Shown: one piece after another, positions 50,188-60,313 of the stretch
How the letters are laid out: each line of letters opens with the position of its first letter
How positions within the stretch are numbered: the first letter of the stretch is position 1
Assembly (NCBI GenBank): GCA_945859975.1
Contig: CAMAPH010000007.1
Span: 17,150-81,149, forward strand
DNA length: 64,000 bases
Direction: 5' to 3'
DNA from: Chthonomonas calidirosea
GTDB taxonomy: Bacteria > Armatimonadota > Fimbriimonadia > Fimbriimonadales > Fimbriimonadaceae
Notes under the pieces: generated by a model
What the model saw: the letters and a program-made list of their open reading frames with translations, nothing else
Databases searched by the model: none
What the model was told of the DNA's origin: nothing
Translations under genes and position numbers: made by a program

Positions 50188-50676
50188 TTACTCGCTTGCC
50201 GAATCGTCTTCGTCGGAGCTCTCTTGCTCGGCGAGATCGTTCAACGACAGGGTGCCTTCACCGTCATCGCCAATTTCGGTCTCTTCCTCTTCTCCAACAA
50301 GGTCAGAGAGGGACATGATTTCTTCTGGGTCGACGAGCTCTTCGACATCGTCATCCGCCAGAATCGTATCGTCGCTGATGAGGACGACTTCGGCTTCATC
50401 AAGGGCCGGCAGAAGCATTCCGCGCTCGGAAACGCTTTCGTCTACCAGCAAGTCGACTTCCATCGCAATATCGATGGCTTCGAGCTTGTCGGGCAAGATC
50501 GGCTTAATTTTGCCAGCCGCAATCTCGGCGAGGGCAATTGTTAAAGGGTGTTTGGAGTCAACATGGACGAGTGCCGGGGCACCCTCTCCAAGTTGCTTGG
50601 CGCGCTTTGCGGCGAGATTCGAGAGTACGAACTTTCCGTATGGATAGTCGTTGAGGATATCGGGTTTTGGAAGCAT
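50188..50676 (-). CDS. rpoZ: RNA polymerase omega subunit with long acidic C-terminal tail
   Basis: KFVLSNLAAKRAKQL and HPLTIALAEIAAGKI motifs. Confidence 0.85.
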   Translation of the reverse strand: MLPKPDILNDYPYGKFVLSNLAAKRAKQLGEGAPALVHVDSKHPLTIALAEIAAGKIKPILPDKLEAIDIAMEVDLLVDESVSERGMLLPALDEAEVVLISDDTILADDDVEELVDPEEIMSLSDLVGEEEETEIGDDGEGTLSLNDLAEQESSDEDDSASE

Positions 50677-50745
50677 AGCCCAGTGATGCGAACTTTCAAT
50701 TTACCCGTTCGAGGTGAGTAATTGCCATCCGGTAACCTCATTTCC

Positions 50746-51540
50746 ATGAAGTTGATCCGGTTTGAGCTGAAAGCCGATCCCAGCAAAATCCGTTCTGGAA
50801 TTGTGCAAGCAGGCAAGGTTTACGAAACGGAAGGGGGCCAAGGAGTCGGCGTTCACGAAGCTGCCTTGGTGCGACCTTTGATTCCGGTGGCGAAAACAAC
50901 TTCGGTTCGCATCTTCCATCGTGAGTTCCAGCCAGACGCACTTCAGCAGATGGAGATGGAGGATTTCCACTACTTTGTAGGCAACCCCGGTAGCCTCATT
51001 GGACCCAGCCAGATCGTTCCCTATCCTTACTGGACCGATCATTTGACGGTTGTTCCCTACCTTGCGGCCGTTGTCCTCGGTGACGCGTGGAAGGTCGACA
51101 TTCAGTACGCGGACGAGTTGATCCTGGGAGTAACGATAATGGCGGTTCTCGTCGCGCACGATACGTTCCAACAGGACCGGAAGCTAGGCCGAGGAATGGG
51201 CCGGTCGTATGACGTTGCGGCGGCCTTTGGGCCGGTTCTGACGACTCCGGAAGAGCTTGATGGCTCGGTCACAAACGACGAAGTCGGCCGACGATACGAG
51301 CTTGAATCGGTCGTCCGAATCAACGGCGTAGAAAAAACTCGGGGCAACAGCGTCGATCTGCCCTTGACCCTCGCCCAGGCGATTCAGTCAGCAAGCCAAG
51401 GTGCGCCACTTCGCGAAGGCGATATTGTCGCCATTGGGCCGCTTGTAGATGAACCCGAGTTGGTCCGCATCGACCCCGAAGATGAGATTCAAGTTGCGGT
51501 GGAAAGCCTCGGTGCTATCTCCATCAAAATGGACGCGTAA
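50746..51540 (+). CDS. fumarylacetoacetate hydrolase-fold protein, degenerate active site
   Basis: MKLIRF, SLIGP, FGPVLTTPEE and LREGDIV.GP match the FAH fold; metal ligands are substituted. Confidence 0.75.
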   Translation: MKLIRFELKADPSKIRSGIVQAGKVYETEGGQGVGVHEAALVRPLIPVAKTTSVRIFHREFQPDALQQMEMEDFHYFVGNPGSLIGPSQIVPYPYWTDHLTVVPYLAAVVLGDAWKVDIQYADELILGVTIMAVLVAHDTFQQDRKLGRGMGRSYDVAAAFGPVLTTPEELDGSVTNDEVGRRYELESVVRINGVEKTRGNSVDLPLTLAQAIQSASQGAPLREGDIVAIGPLVDEPELVRIDPEDEIQVAVESLGAISIKMDA

Positions 51541-51548
51541 ACGAACCT

Positions 51549-52793
51549 ATGTCAAACATCGTTAAGCACACTTTGCCCAACGGCATGCGAGTTCTCGTGG
51601 AGCCAGTAGGCCATGTCCGTTCTGCCGCGGTTGGCCTGTGGTGCAAAACCGGTAGCCGTCACGAAAACGAGAACGAAGCCGGAATTACTCACTTGATCGA
51701 GCACATGCTCTTCAAGGGAACGAAGACTCGAACAGCAAAGCAAATTGCGGAATCCATCGAAGGTCGCGGCGGCTCATTGAATGCATTTACCGACCGAGAA
51801 AGCACCTGCTACTACTGCCGCGTGCTGTCTGATGACGTCGAGAACGGCATCGATGTGCTTTCCGACATGATGCTGAATTCGCTCATCGATGCCGAGGAGC
51901 TGAAGCGCGAAGAGCAAGTGGTGCTCGAAGAGATCCGCCGAAGCGAAGACGAGCCGGGAGACCACGTGCACGAGCTCCACCTCGAAGGCCGCTGGGGCAG
52001 CCACCCGCTCGGAAAGCCGATCATCGGGACACGCGAATCGGTTTCGTCGTTCGAACCCAAGCACATTCGCGGTTACATGGATCGGCAGTACCGAGCCGAA
52101 AACGTGGTGCTTTCGATCGCCGGAAACGTTGATCCGGCTGTTGTCATTCGGAAAGCCGAAGAGTGGTTTGGCGCTCTGCCAACCGGCGTAATCGACTCCC
52201 AGCCAACCCGGCCATTGGGTAGCGGCGGCGTGAACTACATCGAAAAGGACGTTGAGCAGGTTCATTTCTGCATCGGCACTGAAGGTTGTTCGCTGTATGA
52301 CGACGAACTCTTTACTCTGGCCGTGCTCGATGGCGCGATGGGCGGCAGCATGTCTTCTCGACTGTTCCAAGAAATCCGTGAGAAACGAGGGCTTGCTTAC
52401 TCTGTAGGTAGTTACACCCTGACCTATGGCGCGGGTGGAGCGTTCACCGTTTACGGCGGAACGAGCGAGCAGAACTGGGAGCAAGTCCAGGAGTTGGTCC
52501 GAAAAGAGTTCGACAACCTGATGAAGTCCGGTTTAGAGGCAGAAGAGCTAGCGCGGACGAAGCGGCACCTTGCCGGATCGATTGTGCTCGGTCTGGAAGG
52601 CATGAGTAGCCGGATGATGCGAATGAGCAAAAACGAGCTTCACCACGGCCGAATCATTCCGCTGGAAGAAACCTTGGCCAAGCTGGAAGCGGTTACCAAC
52701 GACGGAATTGTTGAGGTGGCGAACCGAATCTTGAAGCCTGAACTCGTGAGCACAACCGCCATCGGTCCCGGCGCCGAAGCTGAACCTGCATGA
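51549..52793 (+). CDS. M16 family zinc protease
   Basis: HLIEHMLFKGT (HxxEH), NAFT and SRLFQEIREKRGLAYS. Confidence 0.93.
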   Translation: MSNIVKHTLPNGMRVLVEPVGHVRSAAVGLWCKTGSRHENENEAGITHLIEHMLFKGTKTRTAKQIAESIEGRGGSLNAFTDRESTCYYCRVLSDDVENGIDVLSDMMLNSLIDAEELKREEQVVLEEIRRSEDEPGDHVHELHLEGRWGSHPLGKPIIGTRESVSSFEPKHIRGYMDRQYRAENVVLSIAGNVDPAVVIRKAEEWFGALPTGVIDSQPTRPLGSGGVNYIEKDVEQVHFCIGTEGCSLYDDELFTLAVLDGAMGGSMSSRLFQEIREKRGLAYSVGSYTLTYGAGGAFTVYGGTSEQNWEQVQELVRKEFDNLMKSGLEAEELARTKRHLAGSIVLGLEGMSSRMMRMSKNELHHGRIIPLEETLAKLEAVTNDGIVEVANRILKPELVSTTAIGPGAEAEPA

Positions 52794-54379
52794 ACAAACT
52801 CGTCGCCTTGCTGGAACGAGCAACCAAGGCGGACAGCGTTAGCGCGCTGACCGCCGAACTGGTGCAGGTCTTGGTCCAGTTAACCGGGGCAGAGTCTTGC
52901 GACATCCTGCTGAAGGAGGGTTCCGACACCCTCGTGCTGAGGGCAAGCACCATGTACCCCGAGCTTTTGGGACGGCTACGCCTTGGAAAACAGGTCGGGC
53001 TATGCGGCGTTGCGCTCGCCTCGAACACACCGGTTTTCATTGAAGCGAAGGTTCAGGATGACCCGCGGTACGCTCGGTATCCCGACACGCACGAGCACGC
53101 ATTTGAGGCTGAGGCCGTGCTTCCTTTGGCAAGTGCGGACATCCCGAATGGCGTCGTGCTCCTTCGGTTTACCGAGCCAACGGAGTTTCCAGCCGAAAAA
53201 CGGCTTGAGCTTGAACAAGCGGCGGTCATGACGCAGCTCATCATCGACGTTTGGCGGAACGCCTACGGCCAAGGTACGCGGCACACCCGCCTCGGAGCTT
53301 TGAGCGAAGTTTCCAAGACGATCGCGCAGTCGCCGTATCTCGAAGAAATACTTCAGCTTCTGGTGAACTACACTGCGCAGCAGTTTAACTATCGGGTCTG
53401 CACGGTTCGACTCTTGGACGAGGCACGCGGCGAGCTCGTTCTCCGCGCCACGCAAGCACCGGCCAAGGCCTACCAAAAGAAGCGGGCGATCAAGCTCGGT
53501 GAGAGCTTTGCTGGTCAGGCGATCGCCGACAACCAGCCAGTGATTGTCCGGGACGTACAGATTGCGGACGAATACATCGGGCACGACTTGGCGGTTGAGC
53601 AAGGTTTGCGGTCCATGATCTGTATCCCCCTGACGATGCAAGGGCGACCCATTGGCGTTCTGAGCTGCTATACGGCGGAGGTCCGGGACTTTGGGGCCGA
53701 TGAGATCAAGGCACTCGAAACCCTGGCGAAGCAGGCAGCCGTCAGCATCGAGCACGCCAAGATGCAGGTGCGAAACACCTTGATGCAGGAGATGCATCAC
53801 CGGGTGAAGAACAACCTGCAACAGGTTGCTTCCCTGCTCCGCCTTCAAATGCGTCACAGCAGCTACAAAACGCTGGAAGACGCACTGGGCGACTGTCTGA
53901 ACCGAATTCTTGCCATCAGCAGCGTCCATGACCTACTGAGCCGAGACGACCTCGACCACGTTGGCTTGAGGAGCATTGCCGAGACGCTCGTGCATCACCA
54001 GCAAAGTTCGTTCTTGCTTCCCGACCGTAAAGTCCGCTTCGAGGTTCGTGGGTCCGACGTGCGCCTGAACATGACTCAAGCAACCCAGGTTGCCTTGGTC
54101 CTCAACGAGCTCATTCAGAACGCGGTTGAGCACGGATTTGAGGATTCGCTCGAAGGCGAAATCCATGTTACGGTTGAAGATTCGGATGAGGAAGTTAGCG
54201 TTTGGGTGAGCAATAGCGGTGACCCGCTGCCAGACGATTTCAACCCAACCGTGAGCAGCCACCTCGGATTAAAAATTGTCGACAACCTAGCGCGCGGACT
54301 CAACGGCAAGTTCAAGATGTCGAATGTGCTCGGCTGGACCGTCGCCGAAGTGACCTTCCATCGCTCGACAAGTGAGTGA
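52790..54379 (+). CDS. GAF-GAF-HisKA_2 sensor kinase (PdtaS/EutW-like)
   Basis: Two GAF domains, EMHHRVKNNLQ, NELIQNAVEHG and LGLKIV. Confidence 0.88.
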   Translation: MNKLVALLERATKADSVSALTAELVQVLVQLTGAESCDILLKEGSDTLVLRASTMYPELLGRLRLGKQVGLCGVALASNTPVFIEAKVQDDPRYARYPDTHEHAFEAEAVLPLASADIPNGVVLLRFTEPTEFPAEKRLELEQAAVMTQLIIDVWRNAYGQGTRHTRLGALSEVSKTIAQSPYLEEILQLLVNYTAQQFNYRVCTVRLLDEARGELVLRATQAPAKAYQKKRAIKLGESFAGQAIADNQPVIVRDVQIADEYIGHDLAVEQGLRSMICIPLTMQGRPIGVLSCYTAEVRDFGADEIKALETLAKQAAVSIEHAKMQVRNTLMQEMHHRVKNNLQQVASLLRLQMRHSSYKTLEDALGDCLNRILAISSVHDLLSRDDLDHVGLRSIAETLVHHQQSSFLLPDRKVRFEVRGSDVRLNMTQATQVALVLNELIQNAVEHGFEDSLEGEIHVTVEDSDEEVSVWVSNSGDPLPDDFNPTVSSHLGLKIVDNLARGLNGKFKMSNVLGWTVAEVTFHRSTSE

Positions 54380-54402
54380 TGGCTTCTGGGTAAAACGCCG
54401 GA

Positions 54403-55362
54403 ATGCCATTGGTGGACCTGCCGCTTGACGAACTGAGAACCTACGCCGGACGAAACCCGAAACCCGCCGACCATGCCGAGTTCTGGGCGGCGGGGCTTGC
54501 CGAGCTTGACGCGCTTGATCCACAGGTCGAGATCGTTGATAGCTGGTTCCAACCCGCGCATGTTCGGTGCGCCGACCTTTGGTTCACCGGCACCGGCAAC
54601 TCGCGAATTCACGCCAAGATACTAATTCCACGTGAGATCAAAGATCCGGTGCCGGCCGTGTGTCACTTCCACGGCTACAGCATGCGGGCCGATGACTGGA
54701 CGGGTTACCTGGGCTACGCCGGAGCGGGATTCGTGGTTGCGGCACTTGATTGCCGCGGACAGGCGGGCCAGTCTCAGGACGGAGTCTCGGTCAAAGGTCC
54801 GACGCTGGACGGACACATCATCCGCGGACTCGCCGACGAGCCAAGCAAGCTTTACTACCGAAACGTCTTTCTGGACACCGCGCTTTTGGCCCGCATTGTG
54901 CTTGACCTTCCGGAGGTTGACGCTGCCCGCGTTGGCGCCTTTGGCGGATCGCAAGGCGGGGCGCTGGCGCTGGCGTGTGCCTCTCTCGAACCTAGGATCG
55001 CACGGGTTGCACCGGTTCACCCATTCCTTTCCGACTATCAGCGCGTCTGGGAGATGGATCAGGACGTTGCCGCTTATGCCGAACTTCGCCGATTCTTCCG
55101 TCAGTTCGATCCACAACACAAGCGAGAGGCCGAGATCTTCGAGAAACTCGGATACATCGACGTTCAGCACCTTACTGATCGGATCAAGGGTGAAGTGCTG
55201 ATGGGGATCGGATTGATGGACACGATTACGCCCCCTTCGACCTGCTACGCCTCGTTCAACAAGATTCAGTCTCCGAAGCGCGATGTGGTTTATCCCGATT
55301 TCGGGCACGAAGGGCTGCCTGAGTTTGGTGACTTCGCGTTCGAATTCTTAAGTCAAATGTAA
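54403..55362 (+). CDS. acetylxylan esterase/cephalosporin-C deacetylase (CE7)
   Basis: FHGY, DCRGQ, GGSQGG, GLMD and FGHE motifs. Confidence 0.92.
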   Translation: MPLVDLPLDELRTYAGRNPKPADHAEFWAAGLAELDALDPQVEIVDSWFQPAHVRCADLWFTGTGNSRIHAKILIPREIKDPVPAVCHFHGYSMRADDWTGYLGYAGAGFVVAALDCRGQAGQSQDGVSVKGPTLDGHIIRGLADEPSKLYYRNVFLDTALLARIVLDLPEVDAARVGAFGGSQGGALALACASLEPRIARVAPVHPFLSDYQRVWEMDQDVAAYAELRRFFRQFDPQHKREAEIFEKLGYIDVQHLTDRIKGEVLMGIGLMDTITPPSTCYASFNKIQSPKRDVVYPDFGHEGLPEFGDFAFEFLSQM

Positions 55363-55408
55363 TTTCAAGTCGATAGGCCGAGAGTCCCAACTCTCGGAAT
55401 CTTCGCGG

Positions 55409-55448
55409 TAAATTGAGTGTTAGAGACTCATACGGTTGAGTCTCTAAC
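55409..55448 (+). promoter_or_regulatory. HAIR-like HspR operator overlapping a putative -10 (TAAATT) of cbpA-hspR
   Basis: ATTGAGT-N7-ACTCATA (55412-55432) plus a GTTGAGT half-site (55435-55441). Confidence 0.75.
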
Positions 55449-55452
55449 TGCT

Positions 55453-56379
55453 ATGGCAAAGAACTACTACGACGTGCTCGGCGTGGATAAAAAGGCGGAC
55501 GAAAAGGAAATCAAGTCTGCCTACCGTCGGCTTGCGCGGAAGTATCACCCGGACGTGAATCCGAATGATGCCACGGCGGAAGCCAAGTTCAAGGAAGTCT
55601 CGGCCGCAAACGAGGTGCTCAGCGATCCCGAGAAGCGGAAGCTTTACGATCAGTACGGGAGCAACTGGGAGCACGCGCAGAATTTTGGTGGCGCGGCCAA
55701 CGACTTTACGACTCAAGGCGCCGGCGGATTCAACTTTGGCGGCGGGGTCGGATCGATCTTCGATCACCTCTTCGGCGCAGGCACCCGGGTTCGCTCCGGA
55801 GTTCAGTTTGAAACCGATCTGTACGAGCCTCAGGATGTAGAGAAGGTGGTTGAAGTTAGCCTTGAAGAGATCGATCGCGGAACGAAGCGGACGCTGACTT
55901 ACCAAACGATGGATCAGCAGGCGCTTCGTGACCGTGTGACTACGATTCCGACGACAAAGAAGGTTGAAATCACGATCCCCGCTGGGATTGCAGACGGGAA
56001 AAAGCTTCGCGTTCCCGGCAAGGGACAAGCCTCCGCGACCGGACAGGCGGGCGACCTTTTTGTGACGGTCAAATATGCCGCGCACGAGCGATTCGCTCCC
56101 GTTGGCGACCACTTGGAAGTTGAAGTTGCCGTTCCCTATACCGTTGCCGCGCTCGGCGGCGAGATCAAAGTTCCGACGCTCAGATCGACGATGTCCATGA
56201 GAATTCCGGAAGGAACTCAGAGTGGACAAAAGTTCCGGCTTGCGGGGCAAGGCATCACGCAGTTTGGTGGGGGACGAAATGATCTGTTTGCGCGCATCAA
56301 GATCACCGTTCCGAAAGTCCTTACCGATCAGGAACGTGCCTTGCTTAAACAACTTCAGGAGATGAACGGTAACGCGTGA
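55453..56379 (+). CDS. class B J-domain protein (CbpA-like)
   Basis: J domain YHPD, G/F region and DnaJ C-terminal domain, no Zn finger. Confidence 0.9.
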   Translation: MAKNYYDVLGVDKKADEKEIKSAYRRLARKYHPDVNPNDATAEAKFKEVSAANEVLSDPEKRKLYDQYGSNWEHAQNFGGAANDFTTQGAGGFNFGGGVGSIFDHLFGAGTRVRSGVQFETDLYEPQDVEKVVEVSLEEIDRGTKRTLTYQTMDQQALRDRVTTIPTTKKVEITIPAGIADGKKLRVPGKGQASATGQAGDLFVTVKYAAHERFAPVGDHLEVEVAVPYTVAALGGEIKVPTLRSTMSMRIPEGTQSGQKFRLAGQGITQFGGGRNDLFARIKITVPKVLTDQERALLKQLQEMNGNA

Positions 56380-56780
56380 GGACGGATAACCAGCCCGTCT
56401 ATATGATCGGCGTGGCCGCGCAGCTTTGCGGAATCCACCCGCAAACCCTCCGCCAGTATGAGCGGCTTGGCCTTGTAAGCCCCCAGCGGGCCGGTGCAAA
56501 GAACCGCCTGTACAGCGAGAACGACATTCGCCGGGTGAAGCGAATTCAGCGCCTCACCCAGGAAATGGGAGTGAATCTTGCGGGGGTGGAGTTGATTCTC
56601 CGACTGTTGGAAGACATGGAAGAGGCGCGTCGCGAGATGGATGAGCAGTTGGAGGCTTACCAGCGAGAAGTTGAGATTCGGATTCAGCAACTGCTGGAGC
56701 GACCCAACATTCCAGTTCGGAAGGATGAGTCGCTCTTGCCAGTACCGAATTTCATCACGCGTCCGCCAATTGACCTGTAG
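56376..56780 (+). CDS. hspR: MerR-family heat-shock repressor HspR
   Basis: [29 protein letters not shown] and GVNLAGV; coupled to the J-domain gene. Confidence 0.88.
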   Translation: MRTDNQPVYMIGVAAQLCGIHPQTLRQYERLGLVSPQRAGAKNRLYSENDIRRVKRIQRLTQEMGVNLAGVELILRLLEDMEEARREMDEQLEAYQREVEIRIQQLLERPNIPVRKDESLLPVPNFITRPPIDL

Positions 56781-57958
56781 TTCGCCAAGGCAGCTTCTTC
56801 TTCGCTACGGCGCTTCTCCACAGCCACTCGACCGGTCCGATGTCGAACTTTCGAAGCCAGAGATCGGAGAAGATGAAGTTGATCACCCAGACTCCGAGTA
56901 CGACCATATATTCCTGAGGTCGGTTGAGCTTGCCAAAGTATCCGAAGCCCCACGAATAGAAGAACGTGGTGCAAAGGAGCGATTGGAGGATGTAGTTGCT
57001 GAGTGCAATCTTTCCGACTTTGCCGAACATCCGGCCAAGGAAGCCGGACTTGCCAGCTTCAACTAGCGAGGCAATTCCGGTCACCAGCCCGACGGCCAAC
57101 AGCGGACCGCAGAACAATTCCCAAGCGATCGATGCCGAGCTCAGCGCCTTGTGCGGCAGTAAGAAGGCGACGAGGTTTAGCGGAATTCCCAAACCGAGCC
57201 CCGCCCAAAGAAGTCCGTTTCGGAGCTTTGGATGGGCCGACGGTGCGACGAGGAAGTTTCGCCGCGCCATGAGAATTCCGATGCTAAACAGTGCAAGCAG
57301 GCTGGGCAGGATCGTGAGAACGATGAATAGCGTCATGACCACCCACATGATTCCCCGGTACTTGAGCTGATCCAGATAAGTGCCCTTTGCAAATGCCGCG
57401 ACCTCGTCGGACATTCGGAACGGATAAAATTCGATCCCTCTGCTTCCTGCACCTTCTGTGCTAAATATTGCTGCGAGGCCAAATATGCCTGCGAAGAGCA
57501 AATTCAGCCCGAACACGCCGGCGATGATCCAGAGGAGCCCTCGCTCATCGCTCTTCACCATAAACGCGGCGATGAACGATACGACGGCATAGGAGAACAG
57601 GATGTCGCCGATCCAGAAGAAGAAGCCATGGATGAAGCCGAGTACGCCAAGGAGTAGTGCTCGCCGAAAATAGGTCTCAGGCCAGGTTTTGCCGGTTGCT
57701 TCAGCCTTTTGAAACTGTAAATACAACCCGTAACCGAACAGGATTGCTAGCGAAGATCGAAACTTTCCGGCTGCCACCGCTATTTCACCCTGGTTGAACA
57801 AGTGTGTAAGGGAGTCGACGGAGTATGCCGCGCCAAAGTTTCTCGAGAGGTCAGGACCTGCAAATGAGGAAATGTTCGCAAGAAGGATTCCAAGAATGGC
57901 AAAGCCTCGAATGACATCGAGGCTTTGGATTCGCGTTGCGGCGAGGGTTCCGGGCATG
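56755..57958 (-). CDS. DUF418 family membrane protein
   Basis: RIQSLDVIRGFAILGIL, GDIL, GKIALSNYILQS and GPVEWLWR. Confidence 0.9.
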
Positions 57959-57975
57959 CCGGACACTATATCCGG

Positions 57976-58623
57976 CTATCCCTTAATCGGTAATCCGGTT
58001 CGTGGAGAACAGGACTTCTTGCCCGTTTTTTCGTCGTATTGTTGGTGATATTCCTCGGCCATCCAGAACCTCGGGGCCGGAAGAATCGTGGTCACAATCG
58101 GCTTGTCCCAGTTCTTTTGTTCCTTCTGCTTGCTCGCCAAAGCCAGCTTACGCTGAGTTTCGGAGAAGGTCCAGATCGCGGTGCGGTACTGGTCGCCAAT
58201 GTCCGGGCCTTGTCGGTCGATCAGCGTCGGGTCGTGCCAGTCCCAGAAGTTCTTCAAAAGCTTTTCGTAGCTGTTCTTCTTCGGATCAAACTCAACCAGA
58301 AGGGACTCCGCGTGGCCAGTATTGCTGTAGCAAACTTGCTCGTACGTTGGATTCTGGGTTCGGCCTCCGGCGTATCCGACAGCGGTTTGGACGACGCCCG
58401 GTTGCATTCGGAACCAATCCTCGATTCCCCAGAAGCAGCCGCCGCTGAGCATGATGAGCTCATTACCGGGCTTCGGTTTGGGCGGCCACGCGGTCCTAAC
58501 TTGACCAGGGTTTCCGCCAATCGGGCGCTTTACAACCTTTTGTGAGGTCAAAGTCCCTTGCCCCATCAAGGTGACAACGCCACCAAGACTAAGCGCAACT
58601 ACAGCTAACGCGATCCATTTCAT
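57976..58623 (-). CDS. msrA: peptide-methionine (S)-S-oxide reductase, exported
   Basis: GGCFWG, GYAGG, NPTYEQVC, RQGPD.G.QYR and AEEYHQQY; N-terminal signal peptide. Confidence 0.95.
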   Translation of the reverse strand: MKWIALAVVALSLGGVVTLMGQGTLTSQKVVKRPIGGNPGQVRTAWPPKPKPGNELIMLSGGCFWGIEDWFRMQPGVVQTAVGYAGGRTQNPTYEQVCYSNTGHAESLLVEFDPKKNSYEKLLKNFWDWHDPTLIDRQGPDIGDQYRTAIWTFSETQRKLALASKQKEQKNWDKPIVTTILPAPRFWMAEEYHQQYDEKTGKKSCSPRTGLPIKG

Positions 58624-58710
58624 CTTCTTTCCTTACTAACGCTTGGAGCTTGTCGGTTGTTTCTGGAATCAAGCTACATTCACTTAAGCCAGGAACACCG
58701 CGGATAGTTC

Positions 58711-59325
58711 CTAGGCTTCCGTCGTGGCGATGAGGTTTCTCATCCAAGACTGCAAGTCATCAAAGCTATCTGGGCTGACGGCATGGCCCATCGGATACTC
58801 CCGCAGAACGACGGCATCGCTGATGGTCCGAAGCTCATCTCGAATCCGCTGCCCTTCCGATACGGGAATGACTTCGTCATACCTTCCGTGCTGCACCAGA
58901 ACCGGTGGGACACGCGATGGGAGTTTTTCAGGCTCGGGCCATCGGGAGCTAAGGATCATGGCGCCGGCATATTTTTCCGGGCGAGCGAGTACTTCTTGAA
59001 GCGCCATCATTCCGCCCTGACTGAAGCCCATAAGGACGGTGTTTGCTACGGGCGGCAAGCCATCAATCGATCGCTGGAGGAGCTCGGCGCTTTCGCGGAC
59101 CTGAGCAGGATCAAAACGGATTCCAGCATCGGTCCACTCGATATCGAACCAGGCGAAGCCTTGCAAGTACGGCCATGGAGCCTCGATGCTGACCCTTTCG
59201 ATCTCACCATCGAGCTCGGTCAAAAGTCCGAAAAGATCGTATCGATCACTCCCTAGACCGTGCAAGGCAATGACCCGCCAGTCGGCGGTTGTCTGATCGG
59301 ATTGGACTCTTAAAGGCATAGGCAC
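58711..59325 (-). CDS. phospholipase/carboxylesterase (alpha/beta hydrolase)
   Basis: LHGLG, AWFDI, GFSQG, HGRYDEVIP and MGH. Confidence 0.9.
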   Translation of the reverse strand: MPMPLRVQSDQTTADWRVIALHGLGSDRYDLFGLLTELDGEIERVSIEAPWPYLQGFAWFDIEWTDAGIRFDPAQVRESAELLQRSIDGLPPVANTVLMGFSQGGMMALQEVLARPEKYAGAMILSSRWPEPEKLPSRVPPVLVQHGRYDEVIPVSEGQRIRDELRTISDAVVLREYPMGHAVSPDSFDDLQSWMRNLIATTEA

Positions 59326-59359
59326 TTTTTACTTGGAAAAGGGCAGGTAGCATCGAAAA

Positions 59360-60313
59360 ATGGCCGGGATTCCGCTTGCCGTGCTCGCAATTCTTGCTTT
59401 TTCGCCGAATCGAATGAATTCCGACACCCTCGATCAGATTTGTAGCGACGCGGGAAAGCGTGCGGTAGCCAAGTTTGCCGACGCCAAGGTTCTGCAGGAA
59501 GAGATTGGCATTTCGATTGCCGTGCTAAACCGCGATTCGCTCAGCTACGAAACCGGCGGTTATCGTGACCGTGAGCCGATGTATCCGGCGAGCGTCGTGA
59601 AGTTCTTCTACCTCGTGCACCTCATGCATCAGGTCGAACAGGGTGAGGTGAAGATGACCGACGAACTAAAGCGCGGCACCACCGATATGATCAAGGACTC
59701 GAGCAATGACGCAACGGGCTACATTCTGGATGTGCTCACCAAAACTACCGGTGGGCCCGAGCTTTCCGGTGAAGAGCTGAAGGCGTGGATGGACAAGCGA
59801 AACGCCGTCAACCGGTGGTACGAATCTCTTGGATATAGCGGGATCAATGTGAACCAGAAAACCTGGCACGAGGGTCCCTATGGCCGCGAGCGGCAGGGCT
59901 ACGGGCCGAAATTTGAGCTTCGGAATTCATTGCATCCGGCGGCTTGCACCCGCCTTTTTGCCGAGGTTGCGCTTGGAAAGATCGTTTCGGAAGCACGCTG
60001 TCAAGAAATGCTGGGCTCTCTTTCTCGCCCGATCATTGCGGATGACCCAAAGGCCGACTTCCAGAGCCGAGCCTTTATCGGGAAGGCACTCCCTTCCGGA
60101 TATAAGCTCTGGTCGAAGGCAGGATACGTGACCGCGGAGCGGCACGACACCGCGTACGTCAAGAGTCCAGACGGTCGCGAACTCGTGATCTCCGTTTTCA
60201 CCAAGAACCACACCCAAACGCCGGACTTGATTCCATTCATTGCGTCCGAAATCTTGAAAGAACTGAAGATGCCAGCCGTAGAAACCATTTCGGGAACCGA
60301 AATTGAAGGCTAA
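59360..60313 (+). CDS. serine hydrolase, class A beta-lactamase/PBP-A-like
   Basis: ASVVK (SxxK), SSN and SKAG motifs. Confidence 0.8.
   Translation: MAGIPLAVLAILAFSPNRMNSDTLDQICSDAGKRAVAKFADAKVLQEEIGISIAVLNRDSLSYETGGYRDREPMYPASVVKFFYLVHLMHQVEQGEVKMTDELKRGTTDMIKDSSNDATGYILDVLTKTTGGPELSGEELKAWMDKRNAVNRWYESLGYSGINVNQKTWHEGPYGRERQGYGPKFELRNSLHPAACTRLFAEVALGKIVSEARCQEMLGSLSRPIIADDPKADFQSRAFIGKALPSGYKLWSKAGYVTAERHDTAYVKSPDGRELVISVFTKNHTQTPDLIPFIASEILKELKMPAVETISGTEIEG

Noticed and set aside
59360..60313. Acquired beta-lactam resistance gene
   Set aside because: SSN/KAG variants and chromosomal context fit PBP-A-like housekeeping hydrolases; resistance cannot be inferred
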